Below are positions 32,327 through 40,150 of a stretch of DNA of 64,000 nucleotides, in pieces; within the stretch, counting starts at the first letter, position 1; the number at the start of each line of letters is the position of its first letter. Source of the DNA: Planctomycetota bacterium (lineage in GTDB: Bacteria; Planctomycetota; UBA11346). The stretch spans positions 61,139-125,138 of the forward strand of contig JBBRLJ010000007.1 in NCBI GenBank assembly GCA_038231435.1, written 5' to 3'. The translations under genes and the position numbers were made by a program. The notes beneath the pieces were generated by a model, which was given only the letters and a program-made list of their open reading frames with translations, was not told the DNA's origin and did not search any database.

Positions 32327-33670
32327 ATGCCCCGTACCTTCGAACTCCCGGCCGACTTCCTGTGGGGCGTCGCCACCGCCAGCTACCAGATCGAGGGAGC
32401 TCACGACGAGGACGGGCGCAAGCCGTCGGTGTGGGACACCTTCTGCCGCACTCCCGGCAAGGTGGTGAACGGCGACACCGGCGATGTCGCCTGCGACCAC
32501 TACCACCGCTTCCGCGACGACGTGAAGCTGATGAAGGATCTCGGGGTCAAGGCGTACCGTTTCTCGATCGCGTGGCCGCGCGTGGTGCCCGACGGCGACG
32601 GTGCGGTGAACCAGCAGGGTCTGGACTTCTACCGCCGCCTGGTTGACGCGCTGCTCGAGGCCGGCATCGAGCCGTGGGCGACCTGCTACCACTGGGACAT
32701 GCCCGAGGCGACGTATCAGAAGCACCGCGGCTGGCACGGGCGCCAGACCGCTCACGACCTCGCGCGCTTCGCCGGCATCTGCGCGAAGTCGCTCGGCGAT
32801 CGCGTGAAGAAGTGGTTCACCATCAACGAGTTCGTCTGCTTCACGCATCTGAGCTACGGCGTCGGCATCCACGCCCCTGGCGAGAAGGTCGGGCAGCGCG
32901 AGCTCAACCAGCTCACGCACCACGCGCTCCTCGGACACGGCCTGGCGGTAGACGCGATCCGCGCCAACGCGCCCGGGGTGCGCGTCGGCCTGGCTGAGAA
33001 CGTCAGCAATTACGTGCCGGTGATGGAGACGCCCGAGCACATCGAGGCGACGCGGCAGGCGTGGCGCGCGGCGAACGGCGGGATGATCGTACCGGTGATG
33101 ACCGGCGCGTACGATCCGACCTGGCTCGCGCGTCAAGGCGAGAACGCGCCGAATGTCGAGGCCGGCGACATGGCGCAGATCTCGCGACCGCTCGACCTGA
33201 TCGCACTGAACATCTATTCGGGCGCGTACGTCTCGGCCGATCCCGCGAAGGGCCATCGCATCATCGACCCGACTCCGAACTACCCGACCTACAACATCGG
33301 CTGGCTGAAGCATCTTCCCGACGGCCTGTACTGGAGCCTGCGCTTCGCGCACGAACTCGGCGCGAAGGAGCTCTACATCAGCGAAAACGGCTGCTGCGGC
33401 TCGGACATCGCGAACGCTCAGGGCGAGGTCGACGACGTCGATCGCCTGCTGTTCCTGCGCGAATATCTACGCGCCACCCAGCGCGCCACTGCCGACGGCG
33501 TGCCGCTGAAGGGATACTTCCTGTGGAGCCTGATGGACAACTTCGAATGGGCCGAGGGCTACTCGCGCCGCTTCGGCATCGTCCACACCGACTACAAGAC
33601 CCAGAAGCGCACGCCCAAACTCAGCGCCCGCTGGTATCAGCAGGTCATCAAGCACAACGCTGTTCTTTGA
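32327..33670 (+). CDS. GH1 beta-glucosidase
   Basis: FLWGVATASYQIEG, YRFSIAWPR, HWD, INE(F), ISENG, WSLMDNFEWAEGY. Confidence 0.96.
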   Translation: MPRTFELPADFLWGVATASYQIEGAHDEDGRKPSVWDTFCRTPGKVVNGDTGDVACDHYHRFRDDVKLMKDLGVKAYRFSIAWPRVVPDGDGAVNQQGLDFYRRLVDALLEAGIEPWATCYHWDMPEATYQKHRGWHGRQTAHDLARFAGICAKSLGDRVKKWFTINEFVCFTHLSYGVGIHAPGEKVGQRELNQLTHHALLGHGLAVDAIRANAPGVRVGLAENVSNYVPVMETPEHIEATRQAWRAANGGMIVPVMTGAYDPTWLARQGENAPNVEAGDMAQISRPLDLIALNIYSGAYVSADPAKGHRIIDPTPNYPTYNIGWLKHLPDGLYWSLRFAHELGAKELYISENGCCGSDIANAQGEVDDVDRLLFLREYLRATQRATADGVPLKGYFLWSLMDNFEWAEGYSRRFGIVHTDYKTQKRTPKLSARWYQQVIKHNAVL

Positions 33671-33719
33671 CGTACCCCAGAACCACCGACACTCCGGTGA
33701 AGACCATGTGGGCATCAAG

Positions 33720-34164
33720 CCCGAGCGGCGCGAGCCGCGAGCGCGCGCCGAGCTCCGGTGTGCGTGAACCATGGGCGCAGCCCATCACGCAGCTTTTATC
33801 ACAGGGGCTTTGCCCCTACGGCCCTGAGTGGCCTACCCCACGGGCTTTGTCGGGGCTCGATGTCTCCGCTGCGCTGCGACATCGTCGGCGGATCGGCTGC
33901 GCCGATTGTATCCGCCGACCGCCCCTCTGGCGCCCGCCCCATTCGCGGAGCAATGGGGCCCCCGAGGTAGCCGATCTAATCCGCGCGCGGGGGCCTCAGG
34001 GGCAGCGCCCCTGAATCCAACATCCCGAGCGGCGCGAGCCGCGAGCGCGCGCCGAGCTCCGGTTTGCGTGAACAATGGGCGCAGCCCATCACGCAAACTT
34101 TTTCGCCGTAGGCGAAAAAGAGGAGCGACAAAGCGGCGCGGGGGCTCGGGGGCGGAGCCCCCGA
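33720..34164. repeat. Intergenic repeat mosaic: two 72-bp direct repeats plus several GC hairpins
   Basis: 33720-33791 and 34024-34095 differ at 2 positions; hairpins at 33803, 33996, 34099 and 34146. Confidence 0.85.
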
Positions 34165-34860
34165 CTAAAAAGAAACGCCGGCGACCAAACCCGCAAAGAT
34201 GCCGGATCCGGTGATCGTGGCCTTGTACGAATCCAGGGCCACGGTGTGGTCGAATTCGACCTTGGTGTAGAACGCCTGGTAGCCCAGCTGCACGCCGATC
34301 AATCCTGGCTGGCCGTCGATGTAGGCGCCGACGCGCACGCCGTAATCGAGGTACAGCGCCTCGCCCGAGTTGTTCTTGGAGGTCTGCGCTCCAGCAGCGT
34401 TCAAGCCGACCTCGGTGCGTGCGTGGGCTGCGCCGATGCCGACGAACGGCAGGGCCTCGAGCCGCACGAAGCCAGCCTGCAGGCTCGGGCCGAAGGACAC
34501 CATCAGGCCGTAGGCGAGCAGCTTGTCCTTCTGCTCAAAGCCACCGCGCGTGGCCTTGCCGCGCACGCTCGAGATGAAGAAGCTCGGGCCTCCGACCAGA
34601 CCGATGCCCGGGCCATCGGCGCGCCAGAGCGGACCGATGTCAGCCTCGAGACCGGCTTCGGACTTCATGGAGACGGTGCCGTCGTTGGCTGGATCGGGGA
34701 CGGTGGCGGGATCCTTGGAATCGGTGATCTTCTCCTCCCTGATGCCCGGGGCCATGCCGATGGTCAGGCGCAGATCGCCGCTGCGGTCGCCATCCATGGC
34801 GGCGCAGCTCAGGATCGGAGCGGACAGGAGCAGCGCGGAAGCCAACCAGGTTGAGCGCAT
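34165..34860 (-). CDS. Putative small outer-membrane beta-barrel protein
   Basis: Signal peptide; alternating beta-strand pattern; C-terminal AGVSF. Confidence 0.65.
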   Translation of the reverse strand: MRSTWLASALLLSAPILSCAAMDGDRSGDLRLTIGMAPGIREEKITDSKDPATVPDPANDGTVSMKSEAGLEADIGPLWRADGPGIGLVGGPSFFISSVRGKATRGGFEQKDKLLAYGLMVSFGPSLQAGFVRLEALPFVGIGAAHARTEVGLNAAGAQTSKNNSGEALYLDYGVRVGAYIDGQPGLIGVQLGYQAFYTKVEFDHTVALDSYKATITGSGIFAGLVAGVSF

Positions 34861-35115
34861 GTGAGATCCTATCTGTTGCTGAGGCTGTTGCTGAGACGGG
34901 CTGTGCCAAGGTCGGGCCGAGGCAGAGCGAGACCAATGGAGGAGCGGCTGGAAGTGGACGCGGGCGCATGAATGTTGTCAAGGTCGGTAGGGGGGTGCCG
35001 AGCGGGACTGAGTCGCGCGCCCGGCGCACCGATGCCGCCATGACCTCCTGGCGGCTCCATTCCCTCTTCTCCCCACTTCTCCCGGCAATATGCCCTAACC
35101 AGGAGACGTCCACCC

Positions 35116-37542
35116 ATGCCCTCTCAGCGGCCATCTGCGTCGTCCCGAGCCTCGGCAATCGCCTTCTCCTCGGCCGAGTGGATCTGGGACGGGGGCGAGC
35201 CGGCTCCGCTCGACGCGTACCGGCTGCTGCGCAGGGCCTTCGTCCTCAAGGCCGTTCCGAAGCGCGCGCCGCTGCGCATCGCCTGCGATCGCGAGTACCG
35301 TCTGTTCATCAATGGCCGCTACGTCGCTCGAGGTCCAGCGCCCAATCCCCCGGCGCACGCGTCGTATGACGAGTTGGATGTCTCCGCGCATCTCATCAAA
35401 GGAGCGAATGCGATCGCATTGATCGTCCATCACATGGGCGCGCCATCCTTCCAGACGCTGATGGGTCGCGCGGGATTGCTTCTGAAGCTCGACATTCCCG
35501 GGGCGCGGGTGGTGAGCGACGCATCGTGGCGCTGGCGCGACGCCTGGTGGCTGCACACCGGACAGCTGTTCACGCGCATGCGCGAGTACAACGAGCACCT
35601 GGACATGCGCCGCGAGCCGCTGGGTTGGATCGCCGCCGGCTTCGCCGACCGCTCCTGGAAATCCGCCGTGCCGTTCGGCAAGCCCGGGACGGCGCCGTGG
35701 ACCGAGCTCGAGCCACGCGACATCCCGATGCCCGAGCACCACGTCGAGACGCCGCGCTCGCTGCTATTCGTCGGCGCGTGCGCGAGGCGGGTGCCGCCGA
35801 AATCCGAGGTCGCCGCGGCGCTCGCGCGCGAGCCGGCGCTTCCGCTGCCGCCAGGGTCTTGCGGATCGCTCGCCGGATTGGCGATCGGGTCGGGCGAGGC
35901 GGTCGTCGACGCCAAGCGCCAGGGCGTGGTGATCGGCGTCGACTGGGAGAAGGAGGTGTCGGGATTCCCCGAGTTCGAGATCGAGTGCGACACCGCGGGC
36001 GCGGTCATCGACCTCGGCTACGGCGAAGGCCTCGAGGCCGACGGCCACGTAACCGTCCACCGCCAGGACAACCACTGCTGCGATCGCGTGACCCTGCGCA
36101 AGGGTCGCCAGGTGGTGCGCATCTTCCATCACCGCGCCTTCAGGTACCTGGTCATGGCGGTACGCGGCGCGCGCGTGATCTTCCGCCGGTTGGAAGTGGT
36201 CGAGAGCTGCTATCCGGTCGAGCCGCGCGGCGCGTTTTCGTGTTCAGACGCGCGTCTGACGCGCGCTTGGGAGATCGGTCGACGCACCATGCAGCTGTGC
36301 ATGGACCAGGGTTTCATGGACTGCCCGCATCGCGAACGCGGCCAGTACATCGGCGACGCCCTGGCCGAGGGGCCGGTGACGCTCTACGCATTCGGTGATT
36401 CCAAGCTCACCCGCCGCTTCCTGCGCCAGGCGAGGTGGTGCCAACCGGCCGACGGCCTGCTCGAGCCATGCTATCCGAGCGACTGGGCGACGTGGCACGT
36501 CGGACGCGACGACCAGCGGAGAATCCCCGGCTTCGGCTTCCTGTGGATCGCGCTGCTCCTGCAATACCACCAGGCCACCGCCGACACCGCGCTGGTGCGC
36601 GAACTCGCGCCCACCTTGGATCGCCTGCTCTCGTTCTTCGAATCGGCGCGCGGCGAGAACGGATTGCTGGCGCGACCGATGGAATGGAACTTCGTCGATT
36701 GGGTCACGCTGTCGCCCGCTACCGAGCTCGCCTGCCTGAACCTGCAGTTCCTGATGGGCACGCGCGCCGCGGCGGGTCTCGACGCGGTGCTCGGACGCCC
36801 AGCGGCCGCCGCGAAGGGGCGCGATTTCCACCGCCTGTCCCAGGCGTTCGAAGCCGCGCACTGGGACGAGGCCGCAGGCATGTACCGTGACGAACCCGGA
36901 GTGCATTCGATCCACACCAACGCATTGGCGTTGTTGGTGCTCGACCTCGAGGCCGGCAAGGCGAAGCGGGTGGCTGACGGCATGCTCGCCTCGAAGGCCG
37001 TGGCGATCGGCTCTCCCTATTTCGAAGGGTACGCGCTGCAGGGGCTGTGCCGACACGGCCGGCACGCCGATGCGCTGGCGCGCGTAGAGGAGAAGTGGGG
37101 GCCGATGATAGACGCAGGCGCGACCACCTTCTGGGAGAGCTACCTCGGGCAGTGGAGCCTCTGCCACGCCTGGTCATGCGAACCGACCGCGATGCTGTCG
37201 CGCGACGTGCTCGGCGTCTCCTTCCACGCGCCTGAACGCGCGGTGACGGTCGCGCCCCATCCCTGTCGGCTGATGTGGGCGCAGGGGGTCGCGCCGCTGC
37301 CGTGCGGCGACATCTCGCTGCGCTGGGATGTGCGCGCGGAGTCGTTCGATCTGGCGATCTCGAGCCCGAAGGACGCCGCGCTCGAGCTCGACCTGCCCGC
37401 GGGTGACGGCGCGACGCTGGTGGTGGATGGTGAACGGGTGCCGGCCACGGTGGCGGGGGGGCGCATCCGCGTGCGCATCCGCGGCGGAGCGCACCAGGTA
37501 TCGGTAGTGCAGGCGGTGGTGGTCGCGGCTGGCGTGCGCTGA
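35116..37542 (+). CDS. GH78 alpha-L-rhamnosidase-like glycoside hydrolase
   Basis: YRLFINGRYV N-domain, DCPHRERGQYIGD, FVDW, GATTFWE, SLCHAWS; AGGAG SD. Confidence 0.9.
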   Translation: MPSQRPSASSRASAIAFSSAEWIWDGGEPAPLDAYRLLRRAFVLKAVPKRAPLRIACDREYRLFINGRYVARGPAPNPPAHASYDELDVSAHLIKGANAIALIVHHMGAPSFQTLMGRAGLLLKLDIPGARVVSDASWRWRDAWWLHTGQLFTRMREYNEHLDMRREPLGWIAAGFADRSWKSAVPFGKPGTAPWTELEPRDIPMPEHHVETPRSLLFVGACARRVPPKSEVAAALAREPALPLPPGSCGSLAGLAIGSGEAVVDAKRQGVVIGVDWEKEVSGFPEFEIECDTAGAVIDLGYGEGLEADGHVTVHRQDNHCCDRVTLRKGRQVVRIFHHRAFRYLVMAVRGARVIFRRLEVVESCYPVEPRGAFSCSDARLTRAWEIGRRTMQLCMDQGFMDCPHRERGQYIGDALAEGPVTLYAFGDSKLTRRFLRQARWCQPADGLLEPCYPSDWATWHVGRDDQRRIPGFGFLWIALLLQYHQATADTALVRELAPTLDRLLSFFESARGENGLLARPMEWNFVDWVTLSPATELACLNLQFLMGTRAAAGLDAVLGRPAAAAKGRDFHRLSQAFEAAHWDEAAGMYRDEPGVHSIHTNALALLVLDLEAGKAKRVADGMLASKAVAIGSPYFEGYALQGLCRHGRHADALARVEEKWGPMIDAGATTFWESYLGQWSLCHAWSCEPTAMLSRDVLGVSFHAPERAVTVAPHPCRLMWAQGVAPLPCGDISLRWDVRAESFDLAISSPKDAALELDLPAGDGATLVVDGERVPATVAGGRIRVRIRGGAHQVSVVQAVVVAAGVR

Positions 37543-37997
37543 TGCCGATGGAAAGCGGCGAGCCGGAGCTGCGGCGCTGCGCGGCGGCGCTCATCCGCCC
37601 GCTGCGCCACCGCATCCTGCGCGCGGGGCTGCCGCCATCCGCGGCCGAGTTCCCCGGCGATGACGATGCCTCGACCGTCCATCTCGCGGCGGTGGCCGCG
37701 GATGGCGTCGGGACCGTCATCGGCTGCGCCTCGCTGATGCTGTCAGCATATGCCGGCGACAAGGCCTACCAACTGCGCGGCATGGCCATCGCCGACGGAT
37801 CGCGCGGGCTCGGGATCGGGGGCCGTCTGCTCGCTCGCGGCGAGGAGCTCGTGCGCGCGGCGGGGATCGCGCGTTGCTGGTGCAACGCACGCTCGCCTGC
37901 CATCCCGTTCTACGCCAAGCACGGATGGACCACCGATTCGGATGAATTCGACATTTCCACCGCCGGCCCGCACCGGCGCATGAGCAAGCGGCTCTGA
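37542..37997 (+). CDS. GNAT-family N-acetyltransferase
   Basis: QLRGMA..RGLGIG, WCNAR..AIPFYAKHGW. Confidence 0.88.
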   Translation: MPMESGEPELRRCAAALIRPLRHRILRAGLPPSAAEFPGDDDASTVHLAAVAADGVGTVIGCASLMLSAYAGDKAYQLRGMAIADGSRGLGIGGRLLARGEELVRAAGIARCWCNARSPAIPFYAKHGWTTDSDEFDISTAGPHRRMSKRL

Positions 37998-38054
37998 AGC
38001 GGTTTCCGAGATTGATGGCGCGGCGCGTCTCGGCCCGTCTCGGCCGGAGGATCC

Positions 38055-38495
38055 TTACGCCGAACGCGCCTGCACGCCGCGCCGGCTCGAGCGCTCTCCG
38101 CGCGACGTCGGCAGGTAGCGCTTGAGGCGCTGCACCAGCGCGAGGTACTTCTTGTAGCTCGCAGGCTTCTCGATCACTTCGTCGGCGTCGAGCGCGTCGT
38201 CGCTGGGCTCATGTTTCCGCCCTGAAAACACCACGATCGGGATGTCCTTCCACGCGTTGTGGCCGCGCAGCGCGCCGATCACCTCAGGACCTTGCATGCA
38301 CGGCAGATTGAGATCGAGGATCAGCACGTCGGGCAACGCCTTGCCGCCGATCTCTGAGCGCGTCAGGTATTCGAAGGCCGCGGGGGCGTCGCTCGCCGCG
38401 TGGAACTCGACCGGGATGCGGCAGTCCTTGAAGGCCTCCTCGATGAGCTGCACATCCCCCGGGTTGTCGTCGATCATGAGCACGTGCGGGTTCAT
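38055..38495 (-). CDS. Single-domain response regulator (Rcp1-like)
   Basis: IDDNPGD, PDVLILDLNLP, IPIVVFS, EKP. Confidence 0.85.
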   Translation of the reverse strand: MNPHVLMIDDNPGDVQLIEEAFKDCRIPVEFHAASDAPAAFEYLTRSEIGGKALPDVLILDLNLPCMQGPEVIGALRGHNAWKDIPIVVFSGRKHEPSDDALDADEVIEKPASYKKYLALVQRLKRYLPTSRGERSSRRGVQARSA

Positions 38496-38686
38496 GGCGG
38501 GCAGCGTAATCGCCCCTGGCTCGACGTCGGCGCCGCGCCCGCCAGGGTTCGACAGGCATGGCCATGCCAACAGCCTGGTGGACATTAGTTTACAGTAGTT
38601 AGCAAATTGCCCGGAACAGCCGCCTCGGGCTCGACCTTCACAGGTGTCGCGGCCAATCCGGCCGCTCAACCACAGAAAGAGATCAC

Positions 38687-39022
38687 ATGCGTCAATTCCT
38701 GCGTACCACTTCCCTCGCCCTTCTGGCCATGCCGGCCCTCCTGCTGATCCCGGCGAACGTGGTCAGCGCCGCCGACGAGAAGTCGGAGAAGACCGAGAAG
38801 GTCGAAGCCTACACCCTGAAGACCTGCGCCGTCGATGAGAAGGCCCTGGGCGAGAAGCCGGTGACCTTCGAGTACAAGGGCCACGAGATCAAGGTCTGCA
38901 ACGAGGCCTGCAAGGAAGCGTTCATGAAGGACGCCGACAAGAATCTCGCCAAGGTCGAGAAGGCCGAGAAGTCGGAGAAGAAGGAAGAGAAGCACGAGCA
39001 CGAGCACAAGGACGCGAAGTAA
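38687..39022 (+). CDS. Small secreted YHS/TRASH-like metal-binding protein
   Basis: Signal peptide; C-x19-YKG..KVCNEACKEAF; His/Glu-rich tail HEHEHK. Confidence 0.7.
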   Translation: MRQFLRTTSLALLAMPALLLIPANVVSAADEKSEKTEKVEAYTLKTCAVDEKALGEKPVTFEYKGHEIKVCNEACKEAFMKDADKNLAKVEKAEKSEKKEEKHEHEHKDAK

Positions 39023-39029
39023 TTCCGTC

Positions 39030-39063
39030 CGGCTGCCTGCGGCCGCGAGGCCGCAGGCAGCCG
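39030..39063 (+). terminator. Strong hairpin, probable terminator
   Basis: 15-bp stem CGGCTGCCTGCGGCC, GCGA loop, GGCCGCAGGCAGCCG, just after the stop codon. Confidence 0.65.
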
Positions 39064-39182
39064 TCCCTTCTTCCCGAAGGTTGTTTGCGCAGTACCGACC
39101 GCCGCTGTGTTCCCAGGGATCCGCGCTGCTCCGTCATCCACACCGCCTTCCTCACCATCATCCGTATCACAGGAGTCTCGCC

Positions 39183-39683
39183 ATGCTGCTCCGCCACCTG
39201 CCGCTGATCGCCATCGCCGCCGTCGCCCTGGGCGCGCCCGCCATCGCCAGCGAACGCACCACGGTGGTGTACACGCAGAGCCAGCCCGAGACCCGCACCT
39301 GGACCTCCGGCCACTACGAATGGCAAGGCGACGACTACGTCTACGTTCCCGGGCACTGGGTGATCGTTCCCGGCTCGACCACCACCACCACTACCGTCAC
39401 CGAATCGGATTCGTGCAACCGCCCCGTGGTCTACGCCGAACCCGAGCCCCGGTGCTCCGAACCCCGCGTCGTGTACGTCGAGCCGCGCTGCGAGCGCGAG
39501 CCGGTGGTCTATACACGGCCAGCATGCCATGAGCGTGTCGTCTATGCCCAGCCTCGCTCTGCCGTCGTGTACTCCGCTCCGTCCTGCCCGCCGCCCCACC
39601 GCAGCCGTGTCGATGTGAGCTTTCCGATCGTGCCGATCCCGGTCCCGTTCCCGTTCCCATTCCCATTCCGCCACCACCACTGA
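39183..39683 (+). CDS. Secreted YXWGXW-repeat-like protein
   Basis: AGGAG SD; signal peptide; WTSGHYEWQGDDYVYVPGHW; VVY-x-x-P-x-C repeats. Confidence 0.7.
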   Translation: MLLRHLPLIAIAAVALGAPAIASERTTVVYTQSQPETRTWTSGHYEWQGDDYVYVPGHWVIVPGSTTTTTTVTESDSCNRPVVYAEPEPRCSEPRVVYVEPRCEREPVVYTRPACHERVVYAQPRSAVVYSAPSCPPPHRSRVDVSFPIVPIPVPFPFPFPFRHHH

Positions 39684-39743
39684 TCCAGTCATCGTCCATT
39701 CCCGATCACGCCGGGCGGCCATCCGCCCGGCCAGGGGGCCTTC

Positions 39744-40130
39744 ATGTCCTTCGCCAAGCGTCCCACGCTACATGCGCGTCTGCTGCTGATCGTCGCCATG
39801 GCCCTCGTGCTGGGCGGGTGCGGCGCACCCGAGAGCGACGACCCGCCCATCGCCTACTCGATGGACATCTCCACCACGCAGGGCGTGGGTTTCACCTCGT
39901 GGGTCCAGGCCACTGACGACTCCGATGGTGTCAGCTACGTGCTGGTGAGCGCTCCACGGCACGGATTCCTCGAGTTCCATACCCTCAGCGGTCAGTACAC
40001 CTACACGCCGCTCCCGGGGTTCGTGGGCAGCGACGGCTTCCTGTTCCAGGCGTACGATGGCGTCAACTACTCCGACATCGCCGAGGTCACCATCGACGTC
40101 GCGCCGGTGGTGATCATCGTCGTGGGCTGA
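39744..40130 (+). CDS. Lipoprotein with a cadherin-like/Ig (Big_9-type) domain
   Basis: Lipobox LGGC; PRHG..GQYTYTP..GFVGSDGF..DG..S..AEVTIDV. Confidence 0.75.
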   Translation: MSFAKRPTLHARLLLIVAMALVLGGCGAPESDDPPIAYSMDISTTQGVGFTSWVQATDDSDGVSYVLVSAPRHGFLEFHTLSGQYTYTPLPGFVGSDGFLFQAYDGVNYSDIAEVTIDVAPVVIIVVG

Positions 40131-40150
40131 ACCGTCGGACCATCCAACCG

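Noticed and set aside
33720..34095. Possible CRISPR array
   Set aside because: Only two repeats, 72 bp long with a 232-bp gap; no cas genes
34873..34895. Pho box
   Set aside because: 12-bp period and CTGTTGC differ from the 11-bp CTGTCAT consensus
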